Source: an uncultured Haloferula sp. (GTDB taxonomy: Bacteria > Verrucomicrobiota > Verrucomicrobiia > Verrucomicrobiales > Akkermansiaceae). Taken from it: 64,000 nt of DNA. The translations under genes and the position numbers were made by a program. Within the stretch, counting starts at the first letter, position 1; each line of letters begins with the position of its first letter. The notes below the pieces were generated by a model, which did not search any database, was not told where the DNA came from, and saw nothing but the letters and a program-made list of their open reading frames with translations. Shown in pieces: positions 1 through 10,401 of this stretch. The stretch is from positions 32,001-96,000 of the forward strand of contig CBFGTS010000001.1 of NCBI GenBank assembly GCA_965652295.1, given 5' to 3'.

Positions 1-27
1 GACCGTTCCGGGTTGATCCTGACTCCG

Positions 28-61
28 ACCCCGGCCGCTGTCGCGCGGCCGGGGTTTTTTT
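28..61 (+). terminator. Rho-independent terminator of a gene upstream of the window
   Basis: ACCCCGGCCGC-tgtcgc-GCGGCCGGGGT stem followed by a T run (55-61). Confidence 0.85.
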
Positions 62-530
62 GTCAAAACGGCAGCCCGGAGCATGCCACGCATTTTCGCC
101 GGTTCCCATAAACGGGGCTGGCCAGTAGGCCCGGATTTGGCTGAAGTCGGGTCGTCAACCCAAGACGCAAGCATGAAAGAAAAGGCACTCGCCCCGGACT
201 CCGGAGCGCGCAGGGCTCTTCGCACGGCCACAGAGGCTGAAGGCGCAGCCTGGGCGCGAGCGGATCCTCCCACTCTAACCATCTCGAAGGCACCATCTCC
301 TCCCGCGGATGGAGGAGGCGAGCCGTCTCCATCCCCCCATTGGGGGAGTCGCTGACGGCATTTCCCGCGGCGCTGCGACGATTTGCGCTGGAACCCCGCC
401 CATCCTCGACTAAAGTCGCCTTACGAAAGGTTTCTTATCGGAATGACCGGTTCCGACGGAAACACCCGGTCCAGCCGGAAAATACTTCAACGACGGCTTC
501 CCGCCGTGTGTTTACATTGCCAACTTTCTT

Positions 531-561
531 TTGACTTGTATTGCGAATGTAGTTACAAGTC
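531..561 (+). promoter_or_regulatory. Putative sigma70-like promoter overlapped by an 8-bp inverted repeat
   Basis: TTGACT(531-536)-N17-TACAAG(554-559); GACTTGTA(533-540)-N13-TACAAGTC(554-561); AT-rich patch just before ATG 571. Confidence 0.45.
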
Positions 562-570
562 TCTCAGCCC

Positions 571-3500
571 ATGAAAAGCCAAGTTTCAAACCCACTCCGG
601 AAAAGCCCCGACGGTTTTTCGCTGATCATCGTGATCGCCCTGATGGTTCTGCTGTCCTTGTTGGCGGTGGGGCTGCTCAGTCTTTCCTCCGTGACCCTAC
701 GAGCCAGCCGCGGCGGCGAAGCCATGGCGGAAGCGCGTTCGAACGCGCGCATGGCCTTGATGGTCGCGATCGGCAACCTCCAGAAAGCGATGGGCCCGGA
801 CCGCCGGGTTTCAGCGAATTCTTCCGCCATCAACGGCGAAGTCGGCGAGGTCAACACTCTCGGCGCCTGGGAAAGCTGGCATTGGAATCCGGAGGCTTCG
901 GATTCCCCCGACTACGGCGAGAAGCAGGATGGCTTCGTCCGTTGGCTGTCTTCTTCCCTGAACGACGAGATGGCGACGAACGTCCGCACGCCCACCCAGG
1001 AGTACGAAGATCCGGTGTGGCTGCTGAATCCCGAGACCGTGGGCGTGACCTCCAGTGACTTGGGAAACACCCCTTCGCTGCGCGCGGAGCGTCAGCGCAT
1101 GGAGCTTTCCGATGACAAACGTGGCGGCTTGGCGTGGGCGGTGATGGATGAATCCCAGAAGGTCACCATCGGCCTTGAGGCGGAGGAAGACGACGACCTG
1201 GAGCGGGGAGAGAAGATCGCCCAGCGCGTGGCTCCCCAACGACCGGCTCCCGAGGTCTTCCTGAGCGGCTTGGAGAAGGCCATCGAGGACGATGAAGTCC
1301 GCAAGTTCGTGTCGCTCGACACCGCCTCGCTCGCCTTGGGAACCGGCACTGAAAAACGCGAAGTGCTCGGCCGTCAGCAATCGATCACAACGCAGTCGAT
1401 CGGTCTCCTGACGAACGTCGTTGACGGCGGCGTGAAATGGGACCTGACCGCCTTGATGGAAGGCGATCCGGAGGAAGAGCTGGGCCGCGAGACGCTTTAC
1501 TTCACCGCCGATGACGGAGCTCCGACTTGGGATTACGTGCAGGACCACTACGCGCTCCACGAGCGGGTGTCGAGTTCGGCCGGTGGCGTGCCGGGAGTGA
1601 CGCTAACCTCTGGCGAACTCCGTCCTCGCAGCCGGGGAATCGACGTGGCTCCGACGACCGAAACGCTGCTCCCGGTGATCGCCAAGATGCAGATCGTGTT
1701 TTCGATTGTGACCCACTACAACCACATTACGCCTCGGGTGAACTTCTTCAATACCCAAGGGTCTCCGCGTGGAAACACACAATACGGAGTGCCGCACTTG
1801 GTGTATGACCCTGTGGTCACGCTGTGGAACCCTTACGATGTGGCCTTGGAGTTGAATCAGCTTCGGGTGAGGATCTGGGATCCGCCGGTGCTCTTTGGAT
1901 TCAAGAAAAACAATGATTGGCTGCGTCAGGAATTCGGCTCCGGGGAATATCACGGCCTCGCGAGGTTCCAGATCGCCAATGAGCATAATAAGAACGCTCG
2001 TCGCTACTTCACCCTCATGCTTACCGATGCGCGCGGGGGCGGCAACGCACGGCCGGGCGAAGCCATCAAACTTCAGCCTGGCGAGGTCAAGGTGTTTTCC
2101 CCCTGGGTGGAACCCAATTGGACGTGGGGATTGGAGACGGGAGGTGGAGATTATAACCCACGCGTATTCTTCGATTGGAACGCCGACAACGACTTCGGCA
2201 ACGTGGACGGACGCGCGACCGCCTACAAGCGGACGTTCGGGGTGAGTTCGATCCCAGGTTGGGATCCACGGGCGGGTTTGCAAACCGACCACTTGTCGTA
2301 TAGCACCCGGCCCAGGGCCACGCGATATCCTTTCGAGATCGCGAACAACTGGGATGGCGGATGGTTGGCCATCATGTTGAATCACGAATTTTCCGTCTAC
2401 TGCCGACCCGGACGGGCGCTTCCGACCAGCGGTGCGGCAGCCAACGAGCCGGATTTCAAGGTCGATGTCCTCGCGGGGATCCGCGAACAGCCGGAGCGCG
2501 ATCTGATCCGGACCTATCAGTTCCGTTTCGACGATGTCCGCACCGAGATCGGTGGGGCTCTGGGCACCGATGAAATCGAGCGGACTTACCGGGTAGGCGA
2601 TCTGCTGCAGACGGCCTCAGACCGTACGGCAGGGGGTAAAACCCCCTTCGCGCTCTTTACCATGGGTGCCAAGACCACCAAGGATGTCCTGGACTATTCC
2701 AAGCCGTGGATGCACGCCCATCCGGTGGTTGAAGGTGTGGAGCAGGATACCCGCTACGTCGGGAATGCTCTGGATGCCTATGACGTGACGCTGCAGGAGA
2801 TGAGTGGTTTCACCGACTTCCCGACCGTGGAGGTGGAGCCGGACACCAACCGGGGCTTCCTCGGTGGGACCAGCTACTCGAACGGAGGTGTGTCCAACGT
2901 GCCGATGTTCCACATTCCCGCGATTCCTTCGGCGAGCCTTGGCGATTTGGTGAACGCCAACCTCGTGCCCTCTGGAGCGCTGCCGCGCGTGACTCACGCA
3001 TTCGGTAACTCCTACAGCCATCCGCTGATTTCCACCGACCGGGTGAGTGAGAGTAACCCCATCCGCGGAACCGTGGTGCGCTTCGGGAACCTTCTCGACC
3101 ACAGCTATCTTCTGAACGACGCCTTGTGGGATCGCTTCTACTTTTCGACGATCGGTGATTATCAGAATGAGATCATCGGCAGCGAGAACGCGGAGGATCT
3201 TCTTGAGGATTTCCTCGCTGAAAATCCACGTCAGCTCAATCGTCGCTTGGTTCCTCTCGTAAGCGGCTCCGCCGCCTCTGAAGCCGCTGCTGAAGTAGGC
3301 AACCTCCCCCCTGGAGAGCGGGCCCGCCGGATGGCCACGGTGATGGGTGTGGCCGGAGCCTTCAACGTCAACTCGGATTCCAAGGAAGCCTGGTGGGCCA
3401 TTCTGACCTCGCTTCGTGATCGGGAGGTCCTGGGCTGGGGCAACAGCGACCTCACCGCGGAAGACAAAACGGCCTATCCGAGGTCGTCGTTCCCGTTGGC

Positions 3501-4167
3501 CGGCGACCCTGAGGAAACGGACTCTGACACCTCGGTGGATGTGGCGGGTGCCAAACGTTGGGCGGGCTTCCGGGCCTTGACCGACGGTCAGTTGGAGGAC
3601 CTCGCTGAAGCCATTGTGGAAGCGATTCGCGAGCGCGGCGACACCGATCAAGCTCCCTTCTGTTCCCTCGGCGAATTTGTGAACCGGAGAATCGGTGGAA
3701 CCAGCGGCACCCATACCGTGAAGGGGCTGCTTCAGACGGCGATCGAGGAATCCGGCGTCAATGCCGACTACCATCGCCTTGATTCGAACGAGATCTCCGG
3801 TGGCACCTCGGAACTTCCCCGCAACGCGACCAATGGCGAACAGAACTCGGCGGCTCGCATGGGCTTTTCCGCCGAGGGGGCTCCTTCGGTGCTCAGCCAA
3901 GGCGACCTGATGACGGCCTTGGCTCCCGTGGCCACCGTGCGCGGTGATACCTTCCGTATCCGCGCCTACGGGGAATCCCGCGACAAAGCCGACCGGATCA
4001 TGGCGCAGGCCTATTGCGAAGCCGTGGTGCAGCGCGTTCCTGATTACGTCGATCCTGTCGATGAAGCGGATGTTCTACCGGACGATCTCTCGAGCGAGGT
4101 CAACGAGATCTTCGGTCGCCGCTTCCGTCTCACCGCCTTCCGCTGGCTTTCGCCCGACGAAATCTGA
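571..4167 (+). CDS. Large PilX/Verru_Chthon cassette A-like pilin-domain protein (1198 aa)
   Basis: N-terminal prepilin-like G|FSLIIVIALMVLL hydrophobic helix without Glu5; C-terminal QGDLM..APV.TVRGDTFRIRAYGE..AYCEAVVQR..FGRRFR..FRWLSPDEI motif typical of verrucomicrobial cassette proteins. Confidence 0.7.
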   Translation: MKSQVSNPLRKSPDGFSLIIVIALMVLLSLLAVGLLSLSSVTLRASRGGEAMAEARSNARMALMVAIGNLQKAMGPDRRVSANSSAINGEVGEVNTLGAWESWHWNPEASDSPDYGEKQDGFVRWLSSSLNDEMATNVRTPTQEYEDPVWLLNPETVGVTSSDLGNTPSLRAERQRMELSDDKRGGLAWAVMDESQKVTIGLEAEEDDDLERGEKIAQRVAPQRPAPEVFLSGLEKAIEDDEVRKFVSLDTASLALGTGTEKREVLGRQQSITTQSIGLLTNVVDGGVKWDLTALMEGDPEEELGRETLYFTADDGAPTWDYVQDHYALHERVSSSAGGVPGVTLTSGELRPRSRGIDVAPTTETLLPVIAKMQIVFSIVTHYNHITPRVNFFNTQGSPRGNTQYGVPHLVYDPVVTLWNPYDVALELNQLRVRIWDPPVLFGFKKNNDWLRQEFGSGEYHGLARFQIANEHNKNARRYFTLMLTDARGGGNARPGEAIKLQPGEVKVFSPWVEPNWTWGLETGGGDYNPRVFFDWNADNDFGNVDGRATAYKRTFGVSSIPGWDPRAGLQTDHLSYSTRPRATRYPFEIANNWDGGWLAIMLNHEFSVYCRPGRALPTSGAAANEPDFKVDVLAGIREQPERDLIRTYQFRFDDVRTEIGGALGTDEIERTYRVGDLLQTASDRTAGGKTPFALFTMGAKTTKDVLDYSKPWMHAHPVVEGVEQDTRYVGNALDAYDVTLQEMSGFTDFPTVEVEPDTNRGFLGGTSYSNGGVSNVPMFHIPAIPSASLGDLVNANLVPSGALPRVTHAFGNSYSHPLISTDRVSESNPIRGTVVRFGNLLDHSYLLNDALWDRFYFSTIGDYQNEIIGSENAEDLLEDFLAENPRQLNRRLVPLVSGSAASEAAAEVGNLPPGERARRMATVMGVAGAFNVNSDSKEAWWAILTSLRDREVLGWGNSDLTAEDKTAYPRSSFPLAGDPEETDSDTSVDVAGAKRWAGFRALTDGQLEDLAEAIVEAIRERGDTDQAPFCSLGEFVNRRIGGTSGTHTVKGLLQTAIEESGVNADYHRLDSNEISGGTSELPRNATNGEQNSAARMGFSAEGAPSVLSQGDLMTALAPVATVRGDTFRIRAYGESRDKADRIMAQAYCEAVVQRVPDYVDPVDEADVLPDDLSSEVNEIFGRRFRLTAFRWLSPDEI

Positions 4168-4181
4168 CCTAGACTTCATTC

Positions 4182-4937
4182 ATGACAAAAAATCCGTTTA
4201 GAAAGCTTTGTTGTTCTGTGGCTATCGCCGCGACCGCGTTGATTTCCGTCGGCAGCTTGTCGGCGCAGATCGAACAGGAAGAAAGTGGTATCCGCGTGCG
4301 GGCGCTCGCCTTCGTTCTGGGTGTTAAGGCTCCCAAAGAGGTCTACGCCTTCGATCCCGCGGGCGGGCAGGCCGGTGGAACCCGGATCCGGGTTAAAACC
4401 TTCCTGAACCACGAGGCGGATATGCTGCCGGATGGCACGCGGAATGTGATCCTGACGACAGACGCGGAGGCGGCAAGCACCCAGATCCCCGAAAAGATCG
4501 TGGCCAAAGCCACGCTGCCTGAGGGCATGAAATCGGTGATCCTTCTTTTCGTGCCCGGCTCGGGTAAACCCGGTGATCCGCCCTTCAGGCTTTTCCCTGT
4601 GGATGATACCCGGAAGGCTTTCCCTGAAGGTTCTCTCAAAGTCCTCAACATGAGCCCCACCGAAGTGGTGTTCCAGCTCGAGGACGAGAAGTTCTCCTTC
4701 AAGAGCGGCTCCACGCAGATCATCGAAGAAATGCCGGTCGGGGATGGCAACCTCACCGACATGCGCGCCTTCTGCCGCATCGGCCCGGGAAATGAGGCCA
4801 AGGATTGGAAGCGGATCGCCTCCGCCCAATGGGTGCCTCCCGGGAAGAAGAGGATTTTTCAGGTGCTTTTCCTGGATCCCATTTCCCAGGAAATCCGCCT
4901 ACGCGGGTTCACCGACATCGCGCAGATCGTCCGCTGA
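4182..4937 (+). CDS. Exported hypothetical protein, probable partner of the pilin-like cassette protein
   Basis: Signal peptide; starts 14 bp after the previous stop; 251-aa ORF followed by a terminator. Confidence 0.7.
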   Translation: MTKNPFRKLCCSVAIAATALISVGSLSAQIEQEESGIRVRALAFVLGVKAPKEVYAFDPAGGQAGGTRIRVKTFLNHEADMLPDGTRNVILTTDAEAASTQIPEKIVAKATLPEGMKSVILLFVPGSGKPGDPPFRLFPVDDTRKAFPEGSLKVLNMSPTEVVFQLEDEKFSFKSGSTQIIEEMPVGDGNLTDMRAFCRIGPGNEAKDWKRIASAQWVPPGKKRIFQVLFLDPISQEIRLRGFTDIAQIVR

Positions 4938-4956
4938 GACCCTTGCTCCGACTCTT

Positions 4957-4989
4957 TCCCTCCCGTGGGTTTCCGCGGGAGGGATTTTT
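4957..4989 (+). terminator. Rho-independent terminator between convergent genes
   Basis: TCCCTCCCGTGG-gttt-CCGCGGGAGGGA followed by TTTTT. Confidence 0.75.
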
Positions 4990-5008
4990 GCTTTATCGGA
5001 GGCCGTGA

Positions 5009-6676
5009 TCAGTCGGCAAGGCCTTCGATCACGACCAGCGAGACGCCTTGGCGGGGGAGCTTGAAGCGCAACAGAGGCCGGCCCGCCGCATCCTTTGAAA
5101 GCCCGGGAGCATCGGTCGTGGCGAGTTTCGACGCCTCCAGCAGCTCGGCTTTCTGATCCGGCTCTGGTTCCTGCGGGGAACCCAGGGCTTTCCACACGGT
5201 GAAGGCATTGGAGTGGGTTTCATCCACCCGGTAGTGGGTGATGGCGTTGGTGGCGACCGATTCCAGCCCCTTCAAGGCGAGCCGGATGTCGGCATCAGGT
5301 CCGGGGAGGTCGTCGTCGTGATAATGCCACACGAAAATGCTGAGACGGTCGCCATCGCGCGTGGCCCGCACGCCGACATCGGGCTGATCGCGGACGCCTT
5401 TGTCGACGATCCGGTCGAGCGGCAGGTCGTGATCGCTCTCGGCGGGCAGTTGGCGGCCGCTCATTTTCGAGAACATCCGGAAAACGTTCAGCACCGGCTT
5501 GTTGATCCCGCCGGTGGACAGGGCACGGAACCCGGCGAACAGCGGCTCGTTCTCGAACTCGAAGGCCCAGGTCAGCGCGCCTTCGAGATTCACGCCATGC
5601 TTCTCCGCAAGGTCGAGCTTCCGCGGAAACGAAGCGGCGGTGTAGCTGGAATACATCGTGCCGTTGCGGTAGGCGAGATTCTCTCCCTGGCAGGCGGCGC
5701 AACCTTCCGGATCGGATTCACCAATGACGATCGGCAGGTCCTTGGTTTCGGGGAATTTGGCGATCACGGCGAAGGCGCGGTCGATGTCGCGGAGCTGGTT
5801 GGCGATCCCCATGCGGACATGACCGTCGACATGCTCCGGCGATCCTTTGGCATGGAAGGAAACGAAATCGAGGGGCGTGCCGGTTTCGCCGCTGGCGGCA
5901 TTCTTTCCTGTCAGACAGTGCCGGATGAAATTCTCCAGGAAATCCCCGCCGGGTCCGCCCGCCACATCGGGTCCACCGACCAAGGCGTTGGGAATCGCCC
6001 GGCGCACGGCATGGATGGCGTGGTCGTGCAGGCGGAAGAACTCCTCCCGGCTCCCCCTCCAGTAGCCGATGTTCGGTTCGTTCCAGGTCTGCCAATACCA
6101 CTGGCGGACCTCGTCCTCGCCGTAGCGTTCCTTGCAGTGGAGCGCCCATTGGAAAACCAGTTCCTCCCATTTCTCCCAGTCCTTCGGCGGGTAGGCCCAG
6201 CCGGTGTAGATTTCGTCGTATTTCGCCCGTGGGGTCCAGTGGTGGCGGTAGGGATGCGACTTCACCGACAGCGCCTCCGGCATGAAACCGAGCTGCACGT
6301 AAGGCCGCACGCCGTTTTCCCGGTAGGCGTCGAAGATGCCGTCGACGATCTCCCAGTCATAGATCGGGCGACCGCGGCCGTCCTCGCCATACATCCCGGT
6401 GGATCCCCACTTCAGCGCCGCGGTGCCGTCGCCCGAGGTCATCAGGTTGTGGGTGCGGAAGAAAACCTGGTCCGGTTTCATTTCGCCGAGGTCGCCGAGG
6501 AGCTTGTGGCCATCGGGCATGGTGGCGTAGTTCGGCTCGTCCGCACCGAAGAACCGCCAGATCGGCTTCACCGGACCGAGGTCGCCGGCGGCATCGACCG
6601 ACATCTCAACCGGAAAACCCTCCCCAGCGTGACAGAACGGAGCGAGCGCGAGAAAAGCGGGAAGGAAACGTTTCAT
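5009..6676 (-). CDS. GH39 family glycoside hydrolase (beta-xylosidase-like)
   Basis: Signal peptide; WQTWNEPN acid/base motif; DFVSFHAKG; IVIGESDP nucleophile region; AYPPKDW. Confidence 0.9.
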   Translation of the reverse strand: MKRFLPAFLALAPFCHAGEGFPVEMSVDAAGDLGPVKPIWRFFGADEPNYATMPDGHKLLGDLGEMKPDQVFFRTHNLMTSGDGTAALKWGSTGMYGEDGRGRPIYDWEIVDGIFDAYRENGVRPYVQLGFMPEALSVKSHPYRHHWTPRAKYDEIYTGWAYPPKDWEKWEELVFQWALHCKERYGEDEVRQWYWQTWNEPNIGYWRGSREEFFRLHDHAIHAVRRAIPNALVGGPDVAGGPGGDFLENFIRHCLTGKNAASGETGTPLDFVSFHAKGSPEHVDGHVRMGIANQLRDIDRAFAVIAKFPETKDLPIVIGESDPEGCAACQGENLAYRNGTMYSSYTAASFPRKLDLAEKHGVNLEGALTWAFEFENEPLFAGFRALSTGGINKPVLNVFRMFSKMSGRQLPAESDHDLPLDRIVDKGVRDQPDVGVRATRDGDRLSIFVWHYHDDDLPGPDADIRLALKGLESVATNAITHYRVDETHSNAFTVWKALGSPQEPEPDQKAELLEASKLATTDAPGLSKDAAGRPLLRFKLPRQGVSLVVIEGLAD

Positions 6677-6725
6677 TCCAGCTACTCAAGATGCTCGGCC
6701 GGGATGAGGCGAGCACTTCCGCAGG

Positions 6726-7964
6726 TCAAATGGAGGAGGCCGCCGCGTGCAGCCATTCGCCCAGGACCTCGCGGAGGCGCCCGGGGCTGTGCATTCGGCG
6801 GTAGCCATCGAAATCCCGTGTAGGATCGGGACTCGCCAGCATGCGGCGGATCGCGTCCATCGCTTCGGGGGCATCGCCCTCGGCAATCGTTTCGCCGAGG
6901 CGGTACTGTTCCACCCGGCCGCCGATGCATTCCCCCCGGGTGGCGATCACCGGGATATTGAAAGCCGCCGCTTTGCCCAGTGTGCCACTGCTTCCTGCGA
7001 AATCGAGATAGGCTGCCCAGGCAATGTCGAAAGCCTGGAAGAGGGCGTTGAACTCCGGCTCCGTCGCGATCCGCGGCGCGGTGGGATCGAAGTGGATGTG
7101 ATCGATCTCGCCCGACTGGATCCTGCTCGCGATGTCATTGATCCGGGCCTGTTCCTGCGCATCGAACTCGTTGCGATCGCACACCCCGGCGAACACGAAA
7201 TACCAAGGGAGTCCCTGCTCGCCGGCCTGCAGGGCCACGTCGAGCATCGTCAGCATCCCCTTCCGGCGCTCCAGGCCGATGAGCCCGATGATTTTCCTGC
7301 CTCCGGCTTTCTTGCGGATCTCAGAGACGAGTTCGGGCTCGGTTCCGGGCAGCTCGGCGAGCGTCACGTCCGGGAAAGGGGTCACCGGCTTGCCGATGTG
7401 GGCGGCGAGCGGTTCGGCGTAACGCTCGTCGAGCACACCGATGCCGCGGCACAGCGGGGAGCGCATCAGCGCGTCGCCCTTCGCCAACAGGCGGGCGGTG
7501 CGGAGCATGGGATTGGCGGAGTCCCGGTAGTGGTGGTTGCGGAGGTAAAGCCCGCCCCATGGCAAGCCGATGGTCGAGGCGGGCACCTCGGGCAGGGGGA
7601 GAAAGCGGAGGTAGGTATCGACGTAGGGGAAGTAGACGGCGTCGATCACGCTGCTACTGGATGTCTCGTAGAGATTGATGGCCTTGGCCGCCTGCTGCCA
7701 GCGGTCGAGGGTGTGGTAGGGATCGCCCTCGAAGCGGCCGTTGAAAAGCGAACGCTTGGCCGGAGGAACCGCATGGGTGTCCCAACCGGTGTCCGAGGCG
7801 GCGGCCAGACGGATCTCCCGCGCTCCGGCTTCCGGGTCCGGGCAGAAGCCGGTGAGGCGGGCACCCAGATCGAGAAACGCGGCGGCGAACTGCCCGAAGT
7901 ACATCGGGTGATGTCCTCCCCAGAGGGGGTCGATCAGCGCGACGTGAGGAGGTGGGTGGCTCAT
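6726..7964 (-). CDS. Glycosyltransferase (GT-B fold, GT4-like)
   Basis: Start reassigned to MSHPPPHVALIDPLWGGHH; C-terminal GLERRKG...SSGTLGKAAAFNIPVIAT; third gene of a GT cluster. Confidence 0.8.
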   Translation of the reverse strand: MSHPPPHVALIDPLWGGHHPMYFGQFAAAFLDLGARLTGFCPDPEAGAREIRLAAASDTGWDTHAVPPAKRSLFNGRFEGDPYHTLDRWQQAAKAINLYETSSSSVIDAVYFPYVDTYLRFLPLPEVPASTIGLPWGGLYLRNHHYRDSANPMLRTARLLAKGDALMRSPLCRGIGVLDERYAEPLAAHIGKPVTPFPDVTLAELPGTEPELVSEIRKKAGGRKIIGLIGLERRKGMLTMLDVALQAGEQGLPWYFVFAGVCDRNEFDAQEQARINDIASRIQSGEIDHIHFDPTAPRIATEPEFNALFQAFDIAWAAYLDFAGSSGTLGKAAAFNIPVIATRGECIGGRVEQYRLGETIAEGDAPEAMDAIRRMLASPDPTRDFDGYRRMHSPGRLREVLGEWLHAAASSI

Positions 7965-7972
7965 CGGAGGAG

Positions 7973-9136
7973 TCAGGATTGGCAGAGGGCGGCGGCCAGG
8001 GTGGTGCCGCGGTCGCTCCAGTGAAACGCGTCCCGGCACCGTTCCAGAGCGGTCCGGGCGTGGCGGTTGAGCAGGTCGAGGTCGTCGATGGAGGAGGCGA
8101 TCTTGGCAGCGAGTTCGGCGGTGGTGGACGCGGCGATCGCCCCGTCGTCCGCGCCCACGGGCAGGCCCGAGAGAGCGCTCCCGATCGAGGCCAGAGGCAG
8201 GCCGCGGAAGATGTAGTCGAGCGCCTTCAGCTTGAAGCCGCCGCCGAGCGCCTCCGGGATCAGGCCGAGGCGGGCGTCGCACAGATAGGGATTCATCGAG
8301 GGCACGTTGGCGTCGAACTTCGCCCACGGGTAACGCTGGGAGAGCGCTTGGAAATATCCGGCGTCCGCCTTGCCCACGATCTGGAATTCGATACCCGCAG
8401 CCGGGAAATGGCGGTCCGCGTCGGCGAGGAAAGCCTCCAGGTTCCGGCGTTTCGCCAGCCATTCGAAGGTCCCGGCGAGCACCACCTTGCGGGGCGTGTC
8501 CGCGGTGATTTCCGGCGGCGGGCCGGGAGGGATCGCGCCCTCGAAGCCGGGCGGCAGCTGGAGGTAGTTCTTGTGCGGAAACGTCCGTCGGAAGGCCGAC
8601 TCGTCGCGCGGGGTGATCGCCGAAATCCACCGTGCGTGGGCGCAGAGCTTTGACTCCAGCCGACCGTATTTCCAGGCATCGAACCGGTAGAGCGGCGCGG
8701 TGAGCCCGCGGCTGTCGGCAGCGGTTTCGGCCCGCACCACCGCCTCGTGATTGTGGGCGAGGTAAAGGATCGGCAGATTCGGCGGAATCAAGTCCACAGC
8801 CCAGCCGCAGGCGGCCTGATCGATCACCACCCGCTGGAAATCCTTCTCCGCCAACAGCTCGCGCAGCCGCCGACGCATCGCGCGGCTGCCCATCCGGTGG
8901 GCGTCCGAAGGCAGCGGGGAAATGAGGCTGGCCACCGACTTCGCGGGCATGAAGCAGGGCAGCTCGAAGGTGACGTTTTCGATTTCCTCCGCCTCGCAGC
9001 GGTCGCGGTGGGCGAGCACCGTCAGCTCGACCCCGCCGGTCGCCGCGAACGCGCGGATCAGCCCGAGCGAATAGATGAGGTCCCCCGCGTTGGCGGCGCG
9101 GGGTTCCTGGCGGGTGATCCAGAGAACGCGCGTCAT
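7973..9136 (-). CDS. Glycosyltransferase family 4 protein
   Basis: YLAHNHE motif; GGGFKLKALDYIFRGLP C-terminal GT4 motif; overlaps the upstream GT stop by 4 bp. Confidence 0.85.
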   Translation of the reverse strand: MTRVLWITRQEPRAANAGDLIYSLGLIRAFAATGGVELTVLAHRDRCEAEEIENVTFELPCFMPAKSVASLISPLPSDAHRMGSRAMRRRLRELLAEKDFQRVVIDQAACGWAVDLIPPNLPILYLAHNHEAVVRAETAADSRGLTAPLYRFDAWKYGRLESKLCAHARWISAITPRDESAFRRTFPHKNYLQLPPGFEGAIPPGPPPEITADTPRKVVLAGTFEWLAKRRNLEAFLADADRHFPAAGIEFQIVGKADAGYFQALSQRYPWAKFDANVPSMNPYLCDARLGLIPEALGGGFKLKALDYIFRGLPLASIGSALSGLPVGADDGAIAASTTAELAAKIASSIDDLDLLNRHARTALERCRDAFHWSDRGTTLAAALCQS

Positions 9137-10323
9137 TCGGTGAGGATGCGTTCGAATTGATCGGTGATCGGCGAGATGCGGAAGGTCGATTCCGCATACT
9201 CACGGGCCTTGGCACCCAGCGTGGCGCGCAGCTCGGGGGACTGACGCAGGGTCGATGCTGCTTCCAGAAATCCCTCCTGATCTCCCGGCTCGACGCTCAG
9301 GCCGCTGCCACTTTCCCGGGCGATGCGGGCGGCGAGGTTGGCGGACGGGACCGCCATCAGTAGCGGACGCCCGGCGCAGTGGTAGGCGAGGATTTTCGAG
9401 GGTACGGAAAACACGCCGGCCTCTTCCTCCAGCAAGGCCATGAGAACATCGCCGCTTCCGAGCACCTCCGGCAGATCCTCGAAAGGCTGGTAGGGCAGGA
9501 TCAACAGGTTCCCGAGGTCCGCACCTTCGCGCTTCAACCAATCGGCCCCCAGGCCTTCGGAAATGACGACCACCCGCACGGCGGGGTCGTCGCGGTGCCG
9601 CTGCGCCAGCTCCAGCAGCATCGCCGGGTTGTGCTTCATGCCGATCGTTCCGGTGTAGAGGAAGACGAACTTGTCGTGCAGCCCATGTCGCCGCGACCAG
9701 CCGTTGTCCTTCTCGGTCTGCGGAAGGTCCTCGATGACCGCCCAGTTCGGGACCACATCCACACGGTGGGCATCGACTCCGAATTCCGCCTCGAGGATCG
9801 GGTTGAAGTCCTCGGTGATCGTCACGATGCGATGGCTTTCGCGGAACTGCTTCAGGTCGAGATGCCGGTAGTAGCGTCCCAGCAGCCCGCCGATGACCGG
9901 GATCTTGTCCTTGAGCAGCCGCTCCACGGCGAGGCTATAGAAATCCTGCACCCAGTAGCAGAACCGGGCACCGCCGGCGACCGTGGCTTTGACGATCGGT
10001 CCCTGGGTTTCGGTCGGGGTGTTGCCGGAAAGCACGACTTCCGGCTTCCACGCGCGGATGAACTCCGCGACGCGTTTGCCGTAATCCACCTCCATCCGCC
10101 GCCTGCGGATGAAGGAGTACTTGTAGCGCGGGTATTCCGGATCCATGGCGATCTCGCGGAATTCCACCGACGCTGGATCGTCGGCGCGGCGCTTCAATGC
10201 GCCCCGCGGGGTTTGCAAGGAACTGGCGAAAGCGTGGACAACCTCGTGACCACGCCTGGAAAGCTCGCGGCTCAGGGCAGGGGCAAAGGGATGTCCCGCG
10301 TAGTCGTGGACTACGATTCTCAT
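9133..10323 (-). CDS. Glycosyltransferase family 4 (WbuB/WcaI-like)
   Basis: MRIVVHDYAGHPF start; WVQDFY; YTGTIGMKHN; FSVPSKILAYHCAGRP. Confidence 0.9.
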   Translation of the reverse strand: MRIVVHDYAGHPFAPALSRELSRRGHEVVHAFASSLQTPRGALKRRADDPASVEFREIAMDPEYPRYKYSFIRRRRMEVDYGKRVAEFIRAWKPEVVLSGNTPTETQGPIVKATVAGGARFCYWVQDFYSLAVERLLKDKIPVIGGLLGRYYRHLDLKQFRESHRIVTITEDFNPILEAEFGVDAHRVDVVPNWAVIEDLPQTEKDNGWSRRHGLHDKFVFLYTGTIGMKHNPAMLLELAQRHRDDPAVRVVVISEGLGADWLKREGADLGNLLILPYQPFEDLPEVLGSGDVLMALLEEEAGVFSVPSKILAYHCAGRPLLMAVPSANLAARIARESGSGLSVEPGDQEGFLEAASTLRQSPELRATLGAKAREYAESTFRISPITDQFERILTE

Positions 10324-10401
10324 CGGGGGTGGGGGGGGAGGGCCGGCAGAATACAAAAACGCGTAACCCACGCAACCGCCCCGGGGCTACGTGATCGCGG
10401 A

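Noticed and set aside
83..534. Short ORFs upstream of the pilin-like gene
   Set aside because: No recognisable motifs or convincing start signals; likely intergenic
7965..9215. N-terminal extension of the 829-aa ORF 6726..9215
   Set aside because: Arg/Pro-rich off-frame shadow of the GT gene 7973..9136; the real gene starts at 7964
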